A DNA stretch of 39,838 nucleotides, taken from the NCBI GenBank assembly GCA_043822925.1, contig JBDRBF010000038.1, forward strand, positions 1 through 39,838. The letters are read 5' to 3'. The stretch comes from a bacterium. GTDB taxonomy: Bacteria > Babelota > Babeliae > Babelales > RVW-14. Shown piece by piece: positions 27,877 to 37,308 of the stretch (within the stretch, counting starts at the first letter, position 1; every line of letters begins with the position of its first letter). The position numbers and the translations under genes are program-made. The notes under the pieces were generated by a model. It was not told the DNA's origin, searched no databases, and saw only the letters and a list, made by a program, of their open reading frames with translations.

Positions 27877-28965
27877 ATGCTCATAGATGATTTACGCTTG
27901 CAACTCAAAGAAATAGAACCTGATATCCAAACAATTCTGGCCTGTTATACAAACGCGAATATCGACCAAAAATATGAAACGCTTCATGAGCAAGTACACG
28001 CCGAGAATTTTTGGAAAAACCCGGATCAAATAACGCTATCAAAAGAGTACCAAAGAGTAAGACAGTACAGAACAGAATATATTGACGTCGTAAAAGCATA
28101 TAACGACAACAAAGAACTCATCGAACTCTTTGCTGATAGCGAAGAAGAGCTTAAGCCATTCCAGCAGGACATTCGCGTGCTCTGCAAAAAAATATTAAAA
28201 TTCAAAGTCGCCCTACTGCTTAATAAAGAAGGCGATGCCAATGGCTGCTTTATGAGTATAAACTCAGGCGCCGGTGGAACAGAGTCCCAAGATTGGGCAC
28301 ACATGCTCTTGCGCATGTACCTACGCTTTTGCGAACGCGAAAACTTAAAAGCAGATATTCTCGATTATCAAACCGGCGAAGAAGCAGGAATAAAATCAGC
28401 TACCGTATACATACATAATACAAACGCTACTGGATTATTTCGCTCAGAGGTCGGCATACACAGACTCGTGCGCATTTCACCATTTGACGCCAATAAGCGC
28501 CGGCATACGTCTTTTGTTGCCGTATCAGTAACGCCTGAAGTCGCCGACGAAAAAATCGAGATTAACGATAAAGATTTGCGTATCGACACGTATCGTGCTG
28601 GTGGCGCCGGTGGCCAGCACGTTAACAAAACAGACTCAGCTGTACGCATAACCCACTTGCCAACAAATATCGTTGTACAGTGTCAAAACGAACGCTCACA
28701 AATACAAAACAGAGTAACAGCGCTCAAGATGCTTAAAGCAAAATTAATAGAAAAACAACAAGACGAAAAAGATGCCCTTAAAAAATCAGTCGAAAAGAAA
28801 AAAATCGAATGGGGCTCACAAATTCGTTCATACGTCTTGCACCCGTACAAAATGGTAAAAGATCATAGAACTGAATTTGAATCACCACAACCCGACCTGG
28901 TTCTTGATGGAGAGATAATGCCCTTTATAGAAAGCTTCTTAGTTGCACGAGCAAGCGAAGTATAA
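27877..28965 (+). CDS. prfB: Peptide chain release factor 2 (continuous frame)
   Basis: GAGGTESQDW, HRLVRISPF (SPF), GGAGGQHVNKTDSAVR (GGQ), EWGSQIRSY. Confidence 0.98.
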   Translation: MLIDDLRLQLKEIEPDIQTILACYTNANIDQKYETLHEQVHAENFWKNPDQITLSKEYQRVRQYRTEYIDVVKAYNDNKELIELFADSEEELKPFQQDIRVLCKKILKFKVALLLNKEGDANGCFMSINSGAGGTESQDWAHMLLRMYLRFCERENLKADILDYQTGEEAGIKSATVYIHNTNATGLFRSEVGIHRLVRISPFDANKRRHTSFVAVSVTPEVADEKIEINDKDLRIDTYRAGGAGGQHVNKTDSAVRITHLPTNIVVQCQNERSQIQNRVTALKMLKAKLIEKQQDEKDALKKSVEKKKIEWGSQIRSYVLHPYKMVKDHRTEFESPQPDLVLDGEIMPFIESFLVARASEV

Positions 28966-28991
28966 AAATTTTAGCCAATATTTTATTAAAC

Positions 28992-30062
28992 ATGACATTC
29001 CAAACGATACTAGAAAACACACAAAAACTTATTTGCGCATGCTCGCAGACACTCGTATCACAAGCACAAGAATCTCAGGCCCCATTGGGGAGCCACACAC
29101 AAGCTATGCTTGTGCCAAAAACTCTCCAAAATCCCGACACAATCCCAACAATAGTATTGGGCTTATCTGGCGGGCCAGACTCTGTATTTTTGTTTCATGT
29201 TCTCAAAATATTACACGACCAAAATTATATTAAACTAATGTGCGCACACTTAGACCATGGCTGGAGACCAGAATCTGCCCAAGATGCGCTCTCTTGCGCC
29301 AGTTTATGCATGAAACACAATATCCCAATAACTATCGCAAAACTCGAAAACCTAGGATTTAAACCAAAGTTTAATGGCTCTCAAGAAGATATTGGTCGTA
29401 AATGTCGCCGTTTTTTATTTCAGAAAACGCTCAAAAAAAACAACGCCAACTTTATTGCGCTAGCCCATCATGAACAAGATCAGCAAGAAACATTTTTCTT
29501 ACGCTTATTGCGCGGCAGCAGCTTATCGGGCTTAGTTTGCATGAAAGAAATAGACGACGTCTATATACGCCCCCTGCTTTCTGTAAGCAAAGAATTTATG
29601 TTAGCTTGGTTACATGAAAACAAGATCGCATATCTACAAGATCCATCAAACACCTCAGATAGTTATTTGCGCAACAAAATACGCAAGTACGTAATACCCG
29701 CACTTAATCAATGCGACGAGCGTTTTGATCAAAAATTTGCCAGCACGCTTGCACACCTAAAAACAGAAGAAACTTATTTACATGCGCTTGCATTGCAGGC
29801 TTATGAACAGGTTTTTACACAGGAAAACAATGGGCAATTATCCAAATTTAAAGCTCTAGATAATACGCTGCAAAAAAGAGTACTGCTTGCCTGGCTTATT
29901 AAGAACGAAGTTCAGTTTCACGTAAGCGATAGTTTTTTAAACGAGATTTTACGCTTTTTACTGAATAATCGCGGGGGAGCCCATACAGTACACGCTAACT
30001 GGGCTATTAATAAAAAAAGCGACAGATTTTGGATGAAGCCAATGGTTGAAACCATAGGCTGA
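28992..30062 (+). CDS. tilS: tRNA(Ile)-lysidine synthetase
   Basis: LGLSGGPDS PP-loop, HLDHGWR, AHHEQDQQET, IRPLL, DPSN..YLRNKIR. Confidence 0.96.
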   Translation: MTFQTILENTQKLICACSQTLVSQAQESQAPLGSHTQAMLVPKTLQNPDTIPTIVLGLSGGPDSVFLFHVLKILHDQNYIKLMCAHLDHGWRPESAQDALSCASLCMKHNIPITIAKLENLGFKPKFNGSQEDIGRKCRRFLFQKTLKKNNANFIALAHHEQDQQETFFLRLLRGSSLSGLVCMKEIDDVYIRPLLSVSKEFMLAWLHENKIAYLQDPSNTSDSYLRNKIRKYVIPALNQCDERFDQKFASTLAHLKTEETYLHALALQAYEQVFTQENNGQLSKFKALDNTLQKRVLLAWLIKNEVQFHVSDSFLNEILRFLLNNRGGAHTVHANWAINKKSDRFWMKPMVETIG

Positions 30063-30133
30063 GAACGCGCTCAAAAAACAATATAAAATAAACACATGCT
30101 TTTTGCTTCAAAAACACGTTATAATAAATTCAT

Positions 30134-31384
30134 ATGAAGAAAATAACAAAACCGGTGCAAAATATTCATACGATTTTGGCTAACCAAGACAAGCAAGCGC
30201 ATGAGCGTAAATACTTGTTTTTGTTTCTCCTGATTTCAATTATTATTCACCTATTCATACTTGTCCCTCTTATCACATACAAAACACATCATAATAAACT
30301 CTTGTTTCAGTCCCGGCTCAAAACACTACCCATACAAAACAAACTAGAATTGCCAGCAAGTCTTAAACCACGTAAATCTAATTTTGGCACACCTGTTTTT
30401 TATGAACAAACACCCCAAGACACATCTAAACAAATACCAACTGAACCCACAAAACTTCCAGAACAAAAACAAGAACCAGTAAAAATCGAACCAGAAAAAA
30501 ACGATCTTCCAGCAAGCCTAAAACCCCGCAAATCACAATTTGGCATACCTGATAGTGCACTTGAAATAATTCAACAAACACAAAAAATCCCCAAGCAACT
30601 TCCAGAACCGATACAAAAAGCTCAACGCCCAGAAAAAAAAGAACAAAAAGCACTCAAAGAAATAACACCAAAAATCACGCAAAAAGCAGTTCCGGAGATA
30701 AAAGCTCAAAAAACTACTATCGAGAAATCTGCCATAAACATCGCCAAAACAAACGCTAAACCAGATGGGCACATAAAAGATTTTAAAGAAATTATAAAAG
30801 AGCGACAAAAAGCAGATACTCTAGAAAAAATCGAGACAAAAAAAGCAGGCTCGCAAGACGCAGAAGAAAACCCCTTTACAAGAAAAGCGTGCGCTTCAAA
30901 GATTTTCTCAGGAAAAAACTCAAAAGAAATCGCAGAACAAGATGTCGGGGCCAGCCAGCCAGAACCAAGAAATATCATAGCAATGACCAAAGGGTACATA
31001 GAAAACTTAGAAGCAAAAGGCCAAGACTGGATGGAACGTGAAGGGGATGATAGCAAGCGCCCTTCTTTTGAAGAACTCAAATATATCTCATACAACCAAC
31101 ACATCGCCTGGCAACTTCAATCAGCATGGAAAAGATCTTCACGTAACCACCTAAGCCAAGAACTCCCTAATGGTTATGTAACCATAAAGCTTATAATAGA
31201 TGCTCATGGCAACTTAACCACTGTTGACCTCCTGCAATCAAGCGGCTACGCCGAAATGGACCGCGCTGTCTTAGAAGACTCAAAAAGAGCCAGCCCATTC
31301 CCACCTCTTCCCAAACATTTCAAAACCGAAACCTATGTCTTCTGCGTAAGAGTTCACGTAATCACCCACGACCCTGGGTTCTAA
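30134..31384 (+). CDS. TonB/TolA-family energy transducer
   Basis: TM helix with SxxxH (SIIIH), Pro/Lys/Glu-rich linker, C-terminal IDAHG..QSSG..MDRA..RASPFPPLP. Confidence 0.85.
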   Translation: MKKITKPVQNIHTILANQDKQAHERKYLFLFLLISIIIHLFILVPLITYKTHHNKLLFQSRLKTLPIQNKLELPASLKPRKSNFGTPVFYEQTPQDTSKQIPTEPTKLPEQKQEPVKIEPEKNDLPASLKPRKSQFGIPDSALEIIQQTQKIPKQLPEPIQKAQRPEKKEQKALKEITPKITQKAVPEIKAQKTTIEKSAINIAKTNAKPDGHIKDFKEIIKERQKADTLEKIETKKAGSQDAEENPFTRKACASKIFSGKNSKEIAEQDVGASQPEPRNIIAMTKGYIENLEAKGQDWMEREGDDSKRPSFEELKYISYNQHIAWQLQSAWKRSSRNHLSQELPNGYVTIKLIIDAHGNLTTVDLLQSSGYAEMDRAVLEDSKRASPFPPLPKHFKTETYVFCVRVHVITHDPGF

Positions 31385-31472
31385 TCCGCTATAAGCTTCA
31401 CTTTACGCATCACGCTTGCCTATAATTAATAATGGGCACAGAAGTTTACATATAAATAGGGGTGGGGATATC

Positions 31473-32045
31473 ATGAAAATAAAATTTTTTGTATCAAAAG
31501 TATTTTATATAACTATATGCATCTGTGCGTGCATACTTTGCACAAGCATTAATTTTAATGTTTTTTTACACGCGCATATTTTGTCAAACGTTGACAAAAC
31601 ACCTCCCGTAAAAATGCTGGAAGATTCTTTCTCGCTCAGTTCAACAGCAACATGGAAAGAATTTGCGCTCACCAAATCAAGCCCATTTAAAGATGACAAG
31701 TGGGTATGGATCAGCTCAATCACCGTCAAAAGTAAAGAAGCGCTCAAACTTAAAAAAATTCACGTTCTCTGGCACGGGAAAAAAGGAGAAAAAATAGACG
31801 CGCTCTCAGCATCGCTTTTTAGTAAACGCCGCCAAGATTCATGCGTCACGCCAATAGAAGAAAATTTAGTATGTGATGGAATTTGGGACAAAAAAAAACA
31901 ACGAATTATTTTTAACATAGATAAAAAAGTAGTATCAACAAGCGATTATCACATGGTATTAAGTTTTCCACACAATGTCGAAAAACTATTAAAACGCGGG
32001 AAGTTTGTTCTCTCACAAAAAAAATTACTAAGCATCCTGCCCTAA
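31473..32045 (+). CDS. Exported hypothetical protein
   Basis: GGGG SD before ATG 31473 (the track starts at 31416); hydrophobic N-terminus. Confidence 0.75.
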   Translation: MKIKFFVSKVFYITICICACILCTSINFNVFLHAHILSNVDKTPPVKMLEDSFSLSSTATWKEFALTKSSPFKDDKWVWISSITVKSKEALKLKKIHVLWHGKKGEKIDALSASLFSKRRQDSCVTPIEENLVCDGIWDKKKQRIIFNIDKKVVSTSDYHMVLSFPHNVEKLLKRGKFVLSQKKLLSILP

Positions 32046-32057
32046 AACGCTCCTAAA

Positions 32058-32122
32058 AACGATATTGAGCATAACATGTTGATATTGCTTTAAACAATCA
32101 ACATGTTATGCTCAATATCGTT
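32058..32122. repeat. Perfect 26-bp inverted repeat (13-nt spacer)
   Basis: AACGATATTGAGCATAACATGTTGAT / ATCAACATGTTATGCTCAATATCGTT. Confidence 0.9.
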
Positions 32123-32187
32123 ATAATACGACGCAAGATGAGCAGAATAAAATAACGAAAAAGGGGACAAACGGAACCAAAGGAGTA

Positions 32188-33558
32188 GTGGTGCCAGAAG
32201 TTGTCATTCTTGGAGCGGGACTTACAGGGCTTTCTGCCGCATACCACCTAGAAAAATCAAGTTTTTTTGATTACGCAATTTATGAAAAATGCGATCGCCC
32301 CGGCGGGCTACTGCGCTCTTTTTCTCAAGACGATTTTACGTTTGACTTTACCGGCCATTTATTACACATAAACAATCCTGACATGCGTGCATTTATATCT
32401 AACGTCTTAGGCTTTGAAAACTTACAAATATCACACCGGAATTCAGCTATATACTCACATAACACACATACAAACTTCCCATACCAAATGCACTTGTACG
32501 GGCTGCCTGAAAAAGTAATTTACGAGTGTTTAGATGGTTTTATTAATCGAAAAACACATTATAAAAAGCCACAAAATTTTTATGATTGGGTGCACAAGTA
32601 TTTTGGTGCCGGCTTTGGCAAACACTTTTTCTTCCCATATAACAGTAAAATTCTGGCCTACCCAGTTAAAAAAATTCACCCGTCTTGGACAGGACGCTTT
32701 GTCCCTCAAACAACCCTAAAAGCAATTATACACGGCGCTTTGCGTCAAAAATCTGAACAAAATATTGGCTATAACAGTTCTTTTTATTACCCAAAAACTG
32801 GCGGCATTGAAACACTGATCAAAAATATTATCACAAAACTTAAGACCAAAATTAAAACCAAGCACGAAGCCATAAAAATCGATCTAGAAAATAAGAAAAT
32901 TTATTTCAGTAACGGGCACACAGAAACATATAAATATCTTATTACGACAATACCCCTTAACGAACTTTTACAAAAAACTCACAACTCAGCCAGTACTTTA
33001 TTACAAAACACCGCACACAAGCTTTTGTGCACTTCTGTAATTAATTTTAATCTCGGCTTTGCACAAAAACACATATCAGACAGACACTGGATCTATTACC
33101 CAGAAAAACAAACCCCTTTTTATCGTATTGGTTTCTGGGACCAAATTAGCCAATCTTCTGTACAAAAAAACTGTAGTGCAATATATGGTGAAACATCGTA
33201 TCTTGCTGGAACTAAAACAGATACACAAATTAACAATCTCTTAGAAAAATCAATCAGAAAATCACTCGATATTTTAGCAATACATAAATCAAAAATAATA
33301 ACGCAAAAAATTTTGCACCTAAAACATGCATATGTAATCTATGATGCCTGGCGAGATAAAAACATAACAAAAATACACCAAACACTTTCCAAAAAAAATA
33401 TCTATTCGATTGGCCGTTTTGGTGCTTGGCGCTATTCAAGTATGCAAGAAGATATTCTTGATGGGCAAAATACAACAAATCACATTTTATTATCTTTAAA
33501 TTATAAAAAATACAAGCACCATGATTTTGGTTCACAAAGGGGCACAATAGCACCATAA
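32188..33558 (+). CDS. FAD-dependent oxidoreductase (PPO/UDP-galactopyranose-mutase-like, glycan cluster type)
   Basis: GAGLTGLSAA, GGL.RS, FDFTGH, FYYPKTGG, AYVIYD, SIGRFGAWRY. Confidence 0.88.
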   Translation: MVPEVVILGAGLTGLSAAYHLEKSSFFDYAIYEKCDRPGGLLRSFSQDDFTFDFTGHLLHINNPDMRAFISNVLGFENLQISHRNSAIYSHNTHTNFPYQMHLYGLPEKVIYECLDGFINRKTHYKKPQNFYDWVHKYFGAGFGKHFFFPYNSKILAYPVKKIHPSWTGRFVPQTTLKAIIHGALRQKSEQNIGYNSSFYYPKTGGIETLIKNIITKLKTKIKTKHEAIKIDLENKKIYFSNGHTETYKYLITTIPLNELLQKTHNSASTLLQNTAHKLLCTSVINFNLGFAQKHISDRHWIYYPEKQTPFYRIGFWDQISQSSVQKNCSAIYGETSYLAGTKTDTQINNLLEKSIRKSLDILAIHKSKIITQKILHLKHAYVIYDAWRDKNITKIHQTLSKKNIYSIGRFGAWRYSSMQEDILDGQNTTNHILLSLNYKKYKHHDFGSQRGTIAP

Positions 33559-33583
33559 AAACTGGGAAAAAGGAGATACTGTA

Positions 33584-34480
33584 ATGAAGCATCTTGAAGC
33601 ATTTTATAAAGGCAAAAATATTTTGGTTACCGGAGGCGCCGGATTTATTGGTTCGCACATTGCGCAAGCTCTGGTTGGGCTGGGCGCGCGTGTTACTATT
33701 TTAGATAATTTTTCTGCCGGCAACTTAAGTAATCTATCGTCTGTTTTTACCTACATAAATCTTCAGTATGCCGATATAACCTCTGCTTATAGCTGCTTAC
33801 AAGCAGCAAAAAACAAAGATATCGTATTTCACTTGGCTGCATTTACATCTGTTCCTGGGTCTATAGCCAACCCTGATTTATGCACAAAAATTAACGTACT
33901 AGGCACAAAAAATATACTTGAAGCCTGTAAAGATAGAGGCGTCAAAACGTTTATTTACTCATCAAGCGCTGCTGTTTATGGAAATAAAACAGAAGACTGT
34001 ACAGAAACAGACCCAACAAATCCCCAGTCGCCCTATGCCAGCAGTAAAGTTCTGGGCGAAAAGTTGTGCAAAGAATACTCTGACGCCATGATCGTCAGCA
34101 CTGCATGCCTACGCTATTTTAACGTTTATGGCGACCGCCAAAACCCTAATGGCTCTTATGCTGCTGCTGTAGCCAAATTTAAACATAACTTACTCAACAA
34201 AAAACCAATTACTATTTATGGTGATGGCACTCAAACGCGCGATTTTGTACATGTTTCAGACGTCGTGAAAGCAAATTTAAATATCGCCATGCTGGAAAAC
34301 ATGAAAGGCGATATTTATAATATCGGCTCAGGCAAAAGCATGAATTTGCTCGAACTCATCGAAAAGCTCGAACTCGAACTAAATATAAAAAAAACAGATA
34401 TTACATTTGAATCCCGACGAGCCGGAGATATCGTACACTCGAACGCGAATTGCAGTAAGTATAAAAACCTGGTATTCTAA
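33584..34480 (+). CDS. NAD-dependent sugar epimerase/dehydratase (GalE/WbpP-like SDR)
   Basis: TGGAGFIGSH, HLAA, SSSAAVYG, YASSK, LRYFNVYG, QTRDF. Confidence 0.95.
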   Translation: MKHLEAFYKGKNILVTGGAGFIGSHIAQALVGLGARVTILDNFSAGNLSNLSSVFTYINLQYADITSAYSCLQAAKNKDIVFHLAAFTSVPGSIANPDLCTKINVLGTKNILEACKDRGVKTFIYSSSAAVYGNKTEDCTETDPTNPQSPYASSKVLGEKLCKEYSDAMIVSTACLRYFNVYGDRQNPNGSYAAAVAKFKHNLLNKKPITIYGDGTQTRDFVHVSDVVKANLNIAMLENMKGDIYNIGSGKSMNLLELIEKLELELNIKKTDITFESRRAGDIVHSNANCSKYKNLVF

Positions 34481-34490
34481 CTGTTATTTA

Positions 34491-34577
34491 GCCGAAGTGG
34501 TGAAATTGGTAGACACGCTAGCTTCAGGAGCTAGTCCCGTTAAAAGGATAGGGGTTCGAGTCCCCTCTTCGGCACCA
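34491..34577 (+). tRNA. tRNA-Leu(CAG)
   Basis: GCCGAAG acceptor, CTAGC-TTCAGGA-GCTAG anticodon arm, long variable arm, CCA. Confidence 0.97.
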
Positions 34578-34675
34578 TCTTTCCTCTATCTCTTGCATTT
34601 TAACCCACTCTTTTTCTAGCTTTTAATGTAACAACTCCAAAACAGGTGTGTTAAAAATAAAACCAGGAGAACAGT

Positions 34676-37096
34676 ATGCCCAAACAAAAAAATAAAGCTC
34701 TCATAACCATAATTCTCATAACACTAACGCTCTTTTTTTCTCTATCTCTCAACGCAGATGTTTTTGAAAGCGAAGAAAGCCTCAAAAATTTTCTTACTAA
34801 CAATGGGTTTTTAATTGGCTCAAAAAATATCGACGGCGTACCAATTTTTCAGCTAAAAGTCTTAGTACAAGGCGCCTCCCATTGTGGATATCACGCCATA
34901 AAAAATATTCTTTTTACCAAAGACTTTGTAGATAACCCAATAAAACAAAACCTGGACAAACTTACAAACAAACCAGAATACGATAAATTATTACAAGAAT
35001 GGGATGGCGTACTCAATAGAAGCGATCAAATAATCGGCACAAATTATTATAATACGGTAAAAGCATGGTACAAAATAGGCCCAGACGAAATGCGCTCAGT
35101 CTACGTTCCCGTCATGCTTAAAGATACCCCAAAAAAACAACTTATTGATGCCTATGGAGATTGGTCACAAGAACCTTTTTCAAATTTACTCACAAAAACA
35201 TTACCGTACGATACGCTTACACAAATAAACAAACAATTTTCACGCCTCCAAGCTGAAAAAATAAAAACAGAATACTACGGGGTTGCATTTTCAAGCTCAG
35301 ATAAACATTGGATGGGAATTTCGTTTGTAAAAATAAAAGATAAAAAATATGCATTTTGTTTTGACTCAAATGGAAACCCCAATCAACTGGATCATGCCAT
35401 CGTCAAATTTCTTACAAGCGCATTTGCAATTAATGAAACCGATGGTTTTATTAAAAAATATTTTACAACTCAATTCGGAACCCAAAAAAAGACGCTGATC
35501 CCAGCGCTTATTCAAGAAATTCAAACGCTTGCCGATCTAAAAACAGATAGCAATCCCAACCAAGAAAAGCTTCTCACATTCATGACCGACGCTCCAGGCA
35601 GCCACCCCGCACTTGAGATAATTTCAAAATCACTTAAACCAGACACATATAAACCCCTCAAAGAAATAATAACGGCCGAACTAAACAAAGAAAATAATCT
35701 AACACAACTCAAACAAGCTATTTCCAATCTAAAAAAAACATTTAATGCAGAGAACTGGGAAGTGGCCAGAACAATGAGCCTTTTGGAACTTTTTGAAACA
35801 AACGATGAAAATTTTATCCCGATTTTTCTTGAAGATAGAGTCTTTAGATTGCTCGGAGAGATAGAAAAAAAGCTACAAAACTTACAAGAAATATCGGCTC
35901 AAGCTTTATCAGAAAACATTAAAAAATTTAAAGCAGCCCTTGAAAGCTTAAAAACCAAATTAATAGATCTGGCAACAAAATTAAACGAAACAAAAAAAGG
36001 CTTAAGAGCCCCGCCTGATAAACCAGCACCAACATACAAAAAAAATGAGCCAAGACTTGTATCAAAACGCCTCATGGGAACAGAACTCGTAGCTCAAAAC
36101 ATGACAGAACCAAATCAGCCCCAAAAAATAAACTCGACCAATTTTTATGATGTAAAAGTTTTCACACAATGTGACCCAGGCCCCCTACAAAATATAGGTG
36201 CAAAAAAATTCAGGAATCTCTATGGCTGTGGGTTCCATTCGCTAAAAAATGTACTATTTTTAACGTCAATAATACTAGCCGGCAACACAGAACAGCTAAA
36301 AGCAGAACTCGATTCAGCCCAAACATTTACACACTATTTTGAAGCACCAACGCCATTATTAGCAAATAGGCCAGCGCCTAAAAACCTCCAAGACTGGCAA
36401 TATAAATGGGATGGCGATACAGGAAATAAATCATGGTATTATGTGTGGGAAGAATATCGCAAATCTAAAAACATCCCGGCCCCCGGATTTACGCCACAAA
36501 CATACTTAGACGACCCACCAACACAAGACCATGATCTGGAAAATCTTAAACAAAAAATCATAACTCAAGAAGCGCTTGCGCCGGCAGGCAGCGTCGGTAT
36601 CGCAAAAAACCTAACAATAATCGAATATATAGATGAAAAAAATTACCTAAACACAACGTTATCTGACGCCATAAAATTATTAAAATTGGCCAAAGAATTT
36701 GAAAAACAGGACACAATTATCTTACCATTTCAAATCTCATACACACATAAATATAGCACCAACTGGCAAAGAAATCCCAATATAAACGCGCCACATCCAT
36801 ACGGAAAAACAGGTCGGCATTGGATAGCCGTCGTGATAAACAAATACAATAAAACAACTGAAGTGTTTTTTACAGATTCATGGCGCTACGGCGAATATGT
36901 GCAAAAAAATCTGGCATCAGCCGTACAATTATTTAAGTGGATAGCAGCGCCCGTACAAACAGTACAAGACTATGCCGAGATAGTTGAAAAAGCTCTTGAT
37001 CACGAAGAAAATATACGATATGCAAAAATAACTGAGCATGAATTTAATACATTTAAAACTGACGTAAATGCACTTTATCCAGGAACACTTGCTTAA
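34676..37096 (+). CDS. Secreted protein with two papain-fold (Josephin-like) cysteine protease domains
   Basis: AGGAG SD, signal peptide; duplicated Q..CGxHxxKN / HW / DS motif sets (C70-H211-D230; C518-H715-D734). Confidence 0.8.
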   Translation: MPKQKNKALITIILITLTLFFSLSLNADVFESEESLKNFLTNNGFLIGSKNIDGVPIFQLKVLVQGASHCGYHAIKNILFTKDFVDNPIKQNLDKLTNKPEYDKLLQEWDGVLNRSDQIIGTNYYNTVKAWYKIGPDEMRSVYVPVMLKDTPKKQLIDAYGDWSQEPFSNLLTKTLPYDTLTQINKQFSRLQAEKIKTEYYGVAFSSSDKHWMGISFVKIKDKKYAFCFDSNGNPNQLDHAIVKFLTSAFAINETDGFIKKYFTTQFGTQKKTLIPALIQEIQTLADLKTDSNPNQEKLLTFMTDAPGSHPALEIISKSLKPDTYKPLKEIITAELNKENNLTQLKQAISNLKKTFNAENWEVARTMSLLELFETNDENFIPIFLEDRVFRLLGEIEKKLQNLQEISAQALSENIKKFKAALESLKTKLIDLATKLNETKKGLRAPPDKPAPTYKKNEPRLVSKRLMGTELVAQNMTEPNQPQKINSTNFYDVKVFTQCDPGPLQNIGAKKFRNLYGCGFHSLKNVLFLTSIILAGNTEQLKAELDSAQTFTHYFEAPTPLLANRPAPKNLQDWQYKWDGDTGNKSWYYVWEEYRKSKNIPAPGFTPQTYLDDPPTQDHDLENLKQKIITQEALAPAGSVGIAKNLTIIEYIDEKNYLNTTLSDAIKLLKLAKEFEKQDTIILPFQISYTHKYSTNWQRNPNINAPHPYGKTGRHWIAVVINKYNKTTEVFFTDSWRYGEYVQKNLASAVQLFKWIAAPVQTVQDYAEIVEKALDHEENIRYAKITEHEFNTFKTDVNALYPGTLA

Positions 37097-37116
37097 AGAA
37101 ATTCGAGCCCCCGCTC

Positions 37117-37204
37117 CCGGGAATTCGACTTTTATAACCCGGCAATTCGACTTTTAATGGCCGGGGATTCGACATTTATAACCCGGGAATTCGACTTTTA
37201 CTCT
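37117..37204. repeat. Tandem repeat, 4 x 22 bp (plus one degenerate upstream unit)
   Basis: CCGGGAATTCGACTTTTATAAC / CCGGCAATTCGACTTTTAATGG / CCGGGGATTCGACATTTATAAC / CCGGGAATTCGACTTTTACTCT. Confidence 0.92.
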
Positions 37205-37308
37205 GTAAAAACGAATAATTACATGCTACAGTAAACGATACAGATCGATTAAAGCTTATAATTTTGTAAAATATCATTATTGTCGTTTTTTAGGGGAGAA
37301 ATAATTCT

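Noticed and set aside
37117-37204. CRISPR array
   Set aside because: Units are contiguous 22-mers with no unique spacers and there are no cas genes in the window.
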